Shown: positions 53,280 through 64,000 of the stretch, one piece after another | Numbering within the stretch: position 1 is the stretch's first letter | Layout of the letters: each line of letters starts with the position of its first letter | Assembly: GCA_964016885.1 (NCBI GenBank) | Contig: OZ024740.1 | Span: 97,712,001 to 97,776,000 of the forward strand | Reading direction: 5' to 3' | Source: Eledone cirrhosa | Taxonomy: Eukaryota | DNA: 64,000 bases | Notes under the pieces: generated by a model | The model's database searches: none | Seen by the model: the letters and a program-made list of their open reading frames with translations, nothing else | Told to the model about the DNA's origin: nothing | Position numbers and translations under genes: made by a program

Positions 53280-53760
53280 ACATCATCACTGTTTAATGTT
53301 TATTTTCCATGCACAGGTTAGACTGGTTGTAACATTATAGGGCTAGCCAAACAAGGTGACCATGTCTAGCACATATGGTTCTGGTTATGGGTTGGTTTTC
53401 TGTGGCTAGATACCCTACCTAACACCAACCACATTACAGCATGTATGAGGAGCTTTTTTCGTGGGACTACTTCTAGAAATATTCAGGGTGGACTGAGTAC
53501 TTTTCATTGTTGCTCTATCACAACCACCATACAGAGTTGACTGGGTGCTTTTAAACGTGACACCAACACAACCACCTAACAGGGAAGATTTGGTGTTTTG
53601 TCATTGTACCAGGACACCCATCTTACAGGGTGAAGTAGATGCTTCTTGCTGTGGCACAAGTATGATCACCTTATAGGGTGGACTGACAGCTTTTTTGTTG
53701 TGGCACAAACAATAGCCCCATACTGTGTGGACTGGGTAATTTTGTCATGGAACTAGCACT
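53280..53760 (-). repeat. Old RTE 3' UTR with expanded ~40-bp internal tandem units
   Basis: About 8 degenerate copies of 'accac.ttacagggtggactgggtgctttt.gt.gtggcac'. Confidence 0.6.
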
Positions 53761-54419
53761 GTAGGAAAGCAGGTGTAGAGAATGCCCAGCTTTCCATGCA
53801 TGCATGAGTTAGTCAGGAAAGTCGTATCAGGGTGTATGAAAGTGAGAGTGGATTACATATTAATCGTCATTAAACATCTATTTCTCAGCCTCGGACTGAT
53901 GGGCTGTCATGCTCTAATGCCAGGCTGGACAGGAGAGGCCATGCCGAGTTTCATACATTCTGTTTTTGTTTTGGCAAGGCCTGCTCAGCTAAATGGCTAA
54001 CAAAGCATTTCATCATGGGACAAAGTTGGGGTATGCCTTACTTTCCATGTTGGCATGGTTTGAATGGAGGAGCTACATCTAGATTTGTATGTTTGTATGG
54101 CTTGGCTTGTCTAGGAAGGGAGGATGAATGTGGAGGCTGCATTTCCATGCCAGAAGGAGTTGAACAAGCATTGTTGATGGTTGCATTTATATGAAGGCAA
54201 GAGTGTGGGATGTTCTGGATGGGGTTAAGGACGACTTTGGGGTAATTAAATAATGAGTGAGGGGAGTATGCAAGGTGGGATGGAGGAAATGAGTTTCATA
54301 ATCTAAGGTCGAATACATAGATGAGGGGTGGGATTGGGCGAGTGTTAAGATGGGGTAATGTATATGATGGAGATTGGTGCAGACTTCTGTTTTCTTTGTA
54401 TTTCATTTCATCCTGTAGG

Positions 54420-54845
54420 GTTGGAAGGTGAGTCTTCTTCAGTATAGCATAATGCTAGAGAACATGATCCTATGTCATCTCCTTGGAAAGATTTAATTGC
54501 TTGAGGTTGAGATTATCTTACAGCAAATCATGCCAAGCATTTCTATGTGTTCCTGTAAAGACCAATTACCAATCAATAAAGCTGGAACTGAAAACTTCAG
54601 AAAAAAATATATCTCAGAATAGCATGGATTGATTATAAGGAGGTTTTTTTACAGTTCATACTGAACACAATAGCCATACAAAAGTAGTACCAACAATATA
54701 AACATTAATCAATCATACAATTTTTCTATGAATAAGTGGCAAACAGTTCTGTGTATACAGACAAAGGGTAGATTTATAAAAAATATCCCAATTAGCAGAG
54801 GGATATTTCAAAGGGATTCTCTATCACAATTTATCCTACCACTGA
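54420..54845 (+). mobile_element. Decayed R4-like non-LTR RT fragment
   Basis: IAWIDYKEVF and [13 protein letters not shown] motifs. Confidence 0.55.
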
Positions 54846-54973
54846 ACTATTATCTGAGATACACCACCATATATGCATAAACACTTGCACACACATTCAT
54901 ATTAATGTAGATATATACATACACATACATACAAACACATTTACACATATATATGCATATATATATATATATG

Positions 54974-55053
<80 letters not shown>

Positions 55054-56913
55054 CACACACACATCATTTCTGTCCAATCCCTTTTCTTTAGATTGGGTTG
55101 TCTTGGAAACATAACCTTATTACATAAAATGCTCTCTGATGTGACTTGTGTGATCACCATTGAAATATGTATCACAGTCTTGTTAATAGAGGATATTTTA
55201 TCACCTGCACTGAACTTCATATTTTCCTTATTCATTCTCTCTCTATATATATACATACACATGTGCTTACCCACATATTTAAACACATATACATATAGAA
55301 CTTTGTTCCAGCTATATTATACACAATATTTGACAAATTTTAGCGTTTGAATTTCAATGTCTCAAATTATAATAATGTTTTATTTGCCATGTCTAGTCAT
55401 GCTTCATTTGCTTGCTATTAATGTGTAGATCAATATCATGCATCTACTGTGACAAGGGCATGGATATCTTAGGCTTTACAAGCCTAAATCATCTCTGGGA
55501 TTTTATCTAAGATATGCTCCTTAGCAAAAAGAATTTCCAGCAGTTCAGTATCATGGAGGGCACAAGATTTAATCTTTACCAAGAGCTCAATGATATCCCA
55601 TCAAACAAACTAAATGTCCAACTTATCTACTGTCATGGACTGGGACTTTATTTGCTGACCCTCAAAAGAATAAAATGCAAAGTTGACATTAATGAAATGT
55701 TAATCGAGATCACAGAAAGCTGGAACAAATACCGTGGAGTATGTAATCATATACTCTAGTTAATCTACCAATATTCTATATTATCTTTAAACAAGTTGCC
55801 TGAAATATCCCCTTGTTCTGTGATACATTACTATTTATTTTAAAGAGTTTATATTTATATGCTGGCAAATTTCCCAACATGATTTTAAGAAACATTTGTT
55901 AAGTCATGTTCCAAACTCCAGCTTAATAATGAGAAAGTTATTTATTTACCAAATCCTTCTAAATTCGTCATTATTTTACAAATTATTTCAAGATTGTACA
56001 CAGTGCACTTATAAAACATATGGTAACAAAAGGATAAATACCCATAGTAAAAGTTGTGAGAAAATATTTTAGGAAATTCAATGAACTCTCAATTGTCTAC
56101 AAAAACGATCAGCACATCATCCTCACTATCCTCTGAGCCTAACACATTTGTAATCCAGTGTGATGGGACTATTTAGCGACATTTATTTGATTTTTTGCAA
56201 CGGACATCAGATGATAGTTATAACATTTGTGATACTTTTTGACTAATTGAATTTAGCACTATGTACATGTCTTAGGAATGTCTAGTTTCTTCCATGGCAT
56301 GCAGTGAAAGAATTTGCTTCAAATTTATCACTATCCATCCATCCTTGATATGTATATCAATTATATCTTAACTTTACTTACAATAACTGGATCATTATTG
56401 TAAATTAGAAAAATCGACTTCAAATTTCCACTATTAAGAAGAAACACAAAATCTTTCAAGTGGAAGTATCATATTACTCTATTCTAAAGTACAAATGTAC
56501 TAGATTGCCTGCATATAACAATTCAATCATATTTATCCTTGAACAATTTTGCTTCCTATTTCTATTTACATTTATGATATATTTCTCTTTTCTTCTGTCT
56601 GTGAGTGTGGACATGTGTGTGCCTGAGTGTGTGTGGTATGTTAGCAATATTTATTATTAAAAATAGAAAAACAAATCTTATCAGCAAATTTCTTATCTAA
56701 TTGAATAATCTTAATAGTACTAATTCAGAATGATCTAGTTGAAGTGTTTGTAACTCAAGATTTTTGTAACTCAAGAATTTGACAAGATTGACCAAAGAAT
56801 AAAAGAATGTTGCAAAGGAAAATATATGTAACATATATCCTTATATATGTATGTGATTGTGTTTGTTTGTGAATATGTATATGTGTGTGAATATATTTAT
56901 ATATATATAATAG

Positions 56914-57044
56914 TGTTTCTCAGGATGACGACCGATTGAACAGAGATTTCAAGACTAGACATAGGCAATAACTTAACCACTACCATGCTAGTTGATACAT
57001 CGATCTCCATCGAAAAATCGACCCTCTGAAACGACCGTAAAACA
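56914..57044 (+). ncRNA. Degenerate hammerhead (G5C) with long stem II insert
   Basis: TGTTT-CTCAGGA-..-GAAAC-GACC-GT-A-AAACA, between (TA)n and (CA)n/(TA)n. Confidence 0.4.
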
Positions 57045-57093
57045 ATGAAGTAACTGTCTACCTGCACATGACTTCTGTTTTTTCATTGTTCTA

Positions 57094-57136
<43 letters not shown>

Positions 57137-57639
57137 CATCATAATCATTATCCTTGCTTACATGGGTTAGAAAGGTTGTCACATTATGAAACAAGGCAGG
57201 TCAGATGACTGTGTCTTGTGCATACAGACCTGTGTTTAGGCTTCGTTTCTATAGCTGGATGCTCTTCCTAATGCCAACCATGCTACTGTGTGGTCTGGTT
57301 AGTTTTTAGTGTGGAACTAAAATGACCATCTATCAGGGTGGACTGGGTGCTTTTTCACTGTGTCACCAAGCACAACTAATACTGACAATCTGTCATGGCA
57401 GCAATACCATTCAGGAGCAATTGTGGATCATGTTCAGTGTTCCATGTTTGCATACATGGGTTGGGCAAAAGTGGTGTATCAGGGGTAAGGGAGGTGATAG
57501 TTGGGTGGCGGTAGTAAGAGTATGACATGGATGAGGTGTGAGATATTCAGCTTGTAGAGGGGGGTATTAAGACTTAGAAAGAGTGAGTTGGGGTTGGGTA
57601 AGCAGAAGATTGATGCAAACTAGTGTAGATATATATATA

Positions 57640-57672
57640 GATGAGTCCTGCAAGGATGAAAAACTGTCAGCA
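57640..57672 (+). ncRNA. 5'-clipped hammerhead remnant
   Basis: (TA)n-GATGA-GTCCtgcaaGGAT-GAAA-aactg-T-C-agc. Confidence 0.45.
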
Positions 57673-57722
57673 AATAAAGATTAATTGATGATGTAAGCGC
57701 TCTTTGTTTTTGTTTCATAAAT

Positions 57723-60243
57723 ATGTGGTGTTGCATTGCCTGGATGTAGTTTGACAGTCTGTCAAACTACATCCAGGCAATGCAACCCCACATCACTAAC
57801 ACAAAAGAAGTAACACCACAAGAGCATGAGGATAGGGAGAAAAGCCTCAGTGCCCATATGATGATGTGGACAAACATAATGTAGCCCAATAAAAGGACTA
57901 CCAACAACTTCCAGGCCTGAAACAATGACGTTCCAGTGTTGTATGGGCTTCGAAAAGACCATAAAACGAGCAGTGACCCTGTCACAGGACCACCAACACG
58001 GCCAGTCTGTGGAGCTAACATTGCTAGTAACTACAGACTTTCCTACTTCCTCTCCCTGATCATACGCCCCATCATTGAAATGTCCCCAGATATATGTGAC
58101 AGCACAGAAGACCTCAGCAGAATCAGCGAAAGTAACCGATCTAGGGACCTAACAAACTGTATAATAGGTAGTATGGATGTTGTGTCCCTATATCCATCCA
58201 TTGACGAGGATTTTGCTGTGGAGAAATGCGTAGAAATGATCAGTGAGAGCAATGTTGAATTCCGTGGGATTGATACCAGTGAGCTGGGACTCCTACTTAA
58301 ACTTACCTATAGTAATGATTATCTAGATACATATGACCTTAGCAACCTGTGCCCTACAAGACCAGCAAGAGGCAGACCACCTACCATTACCTCAATGGTA
58401 AAAAAAGCCCACACAGATAGATGGAACGGGTGGACCAGAGCCATACGGACCCCAGAAAACTACGATGAACTAACGAAAATGATTGCACATGCGGTGGGGG
58501 CCAGTATAAAAATAACCCTTAAGGAACATATGTTCAAATTTAATGGAAAAACATATGCCCAAGAGGAGGGAGCAGCCATTGGTGTTAGCATTGCAGGTGA
58601 CATAGCTAACCTATTCATGGCATGGTGGGACAATAGACTTAAACTTAAAGAACAATTAGAAGACAGCAACCTCTTAACCCTGATAATGTACTCCCGCTAC
58701 GTTGATGATATAAACATCGTAGTAAAAACACCTCCACTAGAGAACAGTCAGGATTTAGAGAGAAACACCATGGAAAGCATCCAGCAAATAGCTAACTCCA
58801 TTCACCAGAGTATTAGAGTTACTATAGACTACCCAAGCAAACACCCTAACCATTGATTACCTGTACTAGACACAGAGCTCTGGTTAGAAACCATTAATAA
58901 CAAAAAACAAATCCTCCATTCCCATTATGCCAAACCCATGACTTCCAAATATCTGAACCACCGAAACTCAGCTGTTTCGGACCACACCAAAATCAACATA
59001 CTGATTGCGGATTTGGTACGAGTGATGAGAAACGTGTCCCGCATGTGCAACCCCGAAGAACTAGAGAGACACATACAAAACTTCATCCACCGTATGCAGT
59101 TCTCTGGTTACAATCAGAGAGATAAAATCAGAGTATATAAAGGAGCCAGAACCAAATGGGAAAAAATGGTAAATAATGATACAAATGGGACCTGCCCCTT
59201 GTATAGGAGCAAATTTTGGAACAGAATAGAAAGAACTAGGAATAAGGTTAATAGAACAAACTCATGGTATGATAGCAATAAATACCAGAGTGTAATGTTC
59301 ATCAATACAACCCCTAGAGGTGAATTAGCTTACACATTTAGTAGGTCCCTAGATAAACATAAACTCAATATTAAGATAGTAGAAAGACCAAGTACCTCCA
59401 TAGAAACACTTATTAGCAATACATACCCTTTTCAAAGACCTCCCTGTATAGATAAGAAATGTATAATCTGTAAACTAAGCTCCAATAATAACTGTAAAAC
59501 TAGAAATGTAGTATATAGCATAAGATGTACTGAAGGACAATGTAGAGATAAGAATATAGTGTACATAGATGAGACAGCTCGTAGTATAGGAGAATCGATA
59601 AATGAACACTGGCGAGAGCTTCAAGATAGAAAAGAATCATCTGTACTCCACCAACATTCTAAAATAGAACATAAGGGTAAATTAGAGAACATAGAAATAA
59701 AAATAGAATGTACACACAGAAAAGACGCAATGTTTAGACAAATCACAGAGGCAATAAACATAAATGAACTCCAACCAAAATTAAATACAAAACATGAATG
59801 GAACAACAACATCACAAAATGAAAACACACACACACATAGAACAAACAACCAACCAGTAACATGTAAATAAACAAATAAATAAATAAATATAAACACACA
59901 GAGGCACCTGGATGTAACACATGTGGAAACTAAGCACACAACACACACAAAAACAAGATGGTGTAGGTCAGAACAAAGGAGAGGCACAAAAACAAAGAGG
60001 TCACAGAATGTGTGTCGAAAGAACTTTGACAATATATGAACAACCGTCCGGTTGTGGAACCAACCAACCAACCAGAAATTTATAAATTCTTAAATTTATA
60101 AATTTAATTTATAATAAATTGGAGTGAAAGCAACTGGTGCGTGTGTTTCTTATTGGCAACATGACCCTCCCAAAGCATAACAATATCGGTTTCTACACAC
60201 GTTTTCAGATGAAGAATCTTGCTAAATAAATTCAGAAACGAAA
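57723..60243 (+). mobile_element. Penelope-like element, RT + C-terminal GIY-YIG (non-Naiad, Neptune-like), 5'-truncated with a 5' hairpin
   Basis: PVLYGLRKDHK..PPTRPV, GSMDVVSLYPSI, YAQEEGAAIG, YSRYVDD, LPVLD, HYAKPM and CIDKKCIIC..CKTRNVVYSIRC..YIDETARS..INEH..RQITEA..LNTK. In-frame TGA at 57918 and 58854. Confidence 0.93.
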
Positions 60244-60399
60244 TATATATATATATATATATATATAAAGTACAAAATGTAGATCTTGGGTACACAAGAG
60301 ATATAATGGGATAACAGGCAAACTACCAGGTAGGGAAAACTACATATGCAGTAGATGTACAGGAAAATTTGACAGTAGAAGTCGTAGTGATAGACACAT

Positions 60400-61050
60400 T
60401 TTTCAAATAGAGGTAGGATCTATAGAAGTTGTTGATAGCTTCTGATACGTAGGTAATGAGATTAGTAATGGAGGAGGGTGCTCTGAGGCAATAGTATCTA
60501 GAATATGGGCGGGTTGGAAGAAGTTATGGGAGCTGCTTCTTCTGTTGACAAAGAAGGGTTTCTCCTTCCAACCAAAAGGCTGCTTATATGATGCCTGTCT
60601 GAAATGCACGATGTTGCATGGTAGTGAGACATGGGCAGCAACTGTGGAGGATATGCGACGGCTGGAGAGAAATGAAGCAAGCATGCTTGTTGGATGTGCA
60701 ATGTCAATGTGCGTGAACGACCAAGCATAGACGAGTTGAGAGAGAAACTCTGTATAAGAGGGATAGGCTGTAGTGTGCGGGAGAGAAGATTGCATTGGCA
60801 TAGAATGTGATGCCCATGGAGGATGACTGTTGGGTAGAGAAGTGCCAAGAAATCCCAGTAGAAGGAAGACACAGTCGAGGAAGACCATATAAAACATGGG
60901 CGGAGGTGGTGAGAGCTGACCTCAGATCGCTGAAGCTCATGGAGGAGATGACAAAGGTCCATGACGAATGGAGAAATGCTGAATAGGGCCCTTCCCACAC
61001 TTGCAAGCAAGAAAAGCGGACATAAAATGATGATGATGATGATGATGATT
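60400..61050 (+). mobile_element. Decayed RTE 3' fragment
   Basis: KGFSFQPKGCLYDACLKCTMLHGSETWA..RRLERNE, with a (GAT)n tail. Confidence 0.85.
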
Positions 61051-61107
61051 ATGATATATATATATTCATTTAAAGGCTATATTTGTATAGATGTATATAT
61101 ATAATAA

Positions 61108-61159
<52 letters not shown>

Positions 61160-61161
<2 letters not shown>

Positions 61162-61373
61162 TTTCTAGTATAGGCACAAGGCCAGTAATTTTGGGGAGGG
61201 GAAAGTCGATTATATCGATCCCAGTACATTACTGGTGCTTTATTTTATCGACTTCGTAAGGAAGAAAGGAAAAATTAACTTCGGCGGGATTTGAACTCAA
61301 ACAGCAAAGCGCCGTAACACTATTCTGCAAAGCATGGTATCCAACCCTTTACCGATACTGCCAATCCACCGCG
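61160..61373 (-). mobile_element. SINE family B (long variant) within (AAT)n
   Basis: Reverse match with A/B boxes. Confidence 0.85.
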
Positions 61374-62480
61374 ATAATAATAATAATAATAATAATAATA
61401 ATAGTGAGTATAACCAAAGTTGCAGTTGTGAGTAGCAGGTTCGTGATCAATTTTTGAAAGCTGCCACGAAGCACTCAATGAGAGAGAAATCAATAAATTA
61501 ATCCTCAGAGTAATCAACAGGTAATGTGACACAATGAAAAATGCAACCAGAGGTGTGCTGCCACCTTAATACTACAAGGGAAATACAAACAGGTTAATGA
61601 TGATGTCAGGTCACTCACGAGTGGTACTGGTAGCGTGTAACCCAGTACAACCTGTCACATGGTCGGGTCGTCGTTGACAAAACCGGTAACCCAACCGAGT
61701 TTACTTTGTGAGGAGGGTGATTTTGGACACCCTGCAGGACAAAAAAAAAAAGCTGACAAAGAGCGGAAGAACTCATAAGAGTCAACAGCCATCTGAAAAA
61801 AAAAATGCTGCCAAATCAATGAGTGGCAGTAGTTCCAGCTGCACGCATCGAAATACTGGTGTAGCGGTTCTGAGAACAATGCGGCTTTGCAGATGATCAA
61901 TGCAAATTGATAATGGAAAGGCGCTCCTGCTCGAGTTAGACGAGAACTATTGACCGTAGGAGAAGCAGCGACCCCTGATTGTATTCAGCGACCAAAACAA
62001 ATATGAAGTACACTAAATCCAATTCTCCGAGGGCCGGCCCTGGTTCTTCTAATTTGTGAGTGTAAACTCAGCCAGATTAGATTAGATTAGATTAAAGATG
62101 AACCTGGACCTGATCGATAGATATTAGATATTAAACGATAAATATCTTCGATGGGTTTCTCAGAATCCGTAAGCTATGCTCTGAATTTCGTAACATGCAG
62201 GTCAGTAATGTATCTTAAGATGGAACGATGATTGCTCTTCCTCAACAGGAAATTTTTTCCAGTATCCACTTAGCATAGCCTATGAGACCCGACTGCAAGT
62301 GACTGTAGCAGTAACGTTTGCAGTGGAGTCTCGTGTTCTTTCTCGAGAGAAGTTCACATCCAGGTTTTGGCTGACTGAATACGCATGTGTATTTTTTTCT
62401 CCCCAATGTTTTTCTCATTTTGATCTGTTTGTTCATCTTATCACTCTTTACTTTCAATTTATCTTATATTTCTAACTCTA

Positions 62481-62516
62481 TCTTCTGATGAAAGACTAGT
62501 GTACGAAACGTTAAGA
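62481..62516 (+). ncRNA. Minimal type-I hammerhead
   Basis: TCTT-CTGATGA-aagactagtgtac-GAAAC-GT-T-AAGA. Stem II is weak; a ~95-nt tail runs to (TA)n. Confidence 0.6.
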
Positions 62517-63349
62517 CTCTCTTCCTGTTATGTCAAGCATTAAACTAATATATTTATTCCATGTACTGTGCTGTTTGTTTTTTATTTTGTTCTTTCTGTT
62601 TAGCTTTTATATGCATATATATATGTGTGGGGGGGGGATATGCAAATATAAATTTATACTCAGAGGCACACACACATATATATATATATATACAAATATA
62701 TATGCAAGTGTGTGTATACGAAAAAGAGAAATATAGTGTGTATACAGAAAAGGAAAAGAGAGAAGGAAATAAGATAATTTTTTTCCAACCTACATCTAGC
62801 ATCATCAAAAACAAGAGCAAAACTAGAAGAAAAAGACATTCCCAATTTGACAAGATTGACTGATAAATAAAGAATAGCAAAAATAAAAATATATATATAC
62901 TTATATGTTGATAAAAAAAATCAAGACTTTAATAAAAACAAATTTAGCTATTACCCTAAACTCGCCCACCCAATTCAACAAAATTGGCATCAACAAAATG
63001 TAAAAGAAAATAAAAGCTGATATATTACAGCAGAAATAAAATAAATATAAAACACAATAATCACATACACACACACACTGGCACACACATATATACGTAT
63101 GTATGTATGTATGTATGTTCTTCTGGTTTTATTATTTTATAAATTTTTAACAATAAACAGAGAGTCGGTTTTTAACATAGACACGAGACTCTTTTATTGG
63201 AATTTAGACAACATCTACTATGTATATATGTCTGCATGTCTGCATGCACGTGCATGTGTGCAGGTATAGATGTTATTGTATGTGTGGATGTTTAGGTTTT
63301 AAATTGTATGTGTGCATATGGACATGTTTTGTATCCGTACATGTGAAGA

Positions 63350-64000
63350 TGCAGTTATTACATGCAGAATTTTTGGAATGCTTCACATAATTATACCCTT
63401 CCATTAATGGATTTTACTTGTAATTCCTTAACTACTCGTGTTCTTTCTGGTTCTGTGAAACCCAGCTTCTCAAGATTTGCACTAAGGCAGTTAGTAACAT
63501 ATCCCAGTGCCCCTATAATCACAGTTATAAATCTGAATGTATAATCAGTGTGGAGTATCTGCAGATTTCTCATTAGTTCTACATAGATATTCTCCTTTTT
63601 TCTTATCTTTAATACTAGCTGCTGAGCAGCTAACTTCTGCTACTGTGCATACCTTCTTTTTCCTGTCCCATATCATTATATCTGGTCTGTTATACCTGTA
63701 TTTTATTGGGGTTTTGACTAACATTCCACCAGTACTGTAAGTTTTAATGTTTTTAATTGGGATATCTTTTTCAAGACAGACTACTTTGCTTATCTATATT
63801 ACTCTCATTCTGTAGCCTTCTCACAACCTATCCCAGCATGATTATTTTGCTGATAAGCATGGAGTTATTCATCCATGGATTCACTGTGGTATTGCTGAGC
63901 AATAGATGGGCTCTTATGCTTGGAGTTTCATAGAGGTTGTTGGAGGGTTATGATGTGATACTCAAGTGCTGTTTGGACTGATGTTAGGCCTCTGCATCAC
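63350..64000 (-). mobile_element. R4-like non-LTR element C-terminus (restriction-like endonuclease), decayed
   Basis: rc YNRPDIMIWDRKKKVCTVAEVSC and FITVIIGALGYV..LEKLG..KELQ. Confidence 0.7.

Noticed and set aside
57918-58856. Two in-frame TGA codons as possible selenocysteine recoding (reported in some Naiad PLEs)
   Set aside because: They are not at evident Cys positions (H*LPVLD fits CGA to TGA). The copy has other lesions (YIG to YID), is not Naiad-type, and I recognised no SECIS.

Overview
AT-rich, repeat-saturated eukaryotic DNA, intergenic or intronic. The SINE/RTE repertoire and extreme (TA)n density resemble octopod cephalopods (inference). I found no complete host gene, only one candidate 100-bp exon. 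Contents: Penelope-like retroelements (PLEs; three Naiad-type RT/GIY-YIG fragments and one near-complete RT+GIY-YIG of another clade), a nearly intact RTE LINE and its 3' fragments, CR1, Hero-like and R4-like LINE relics, a decayed mariner and two tRNA-derived SINE families. The main signal is non-coding. About 20 intact or decayed type-I hammerhead ribozyme motifs from at least 9 unrelated sequence families lie on both strands, several with the compensatory U3-A8 core and nearly all with a palindromic stem III. Many sit in short fold-back elements of one design, (TA)n - inverted arm - arm - unpaired 45-120 nt tail - (TA)n. Several unrelated tails share a GAGTRCTY octamer 17-25 nt past the fold-back end. 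Coordinates were read by eye and may be off by a few bases.
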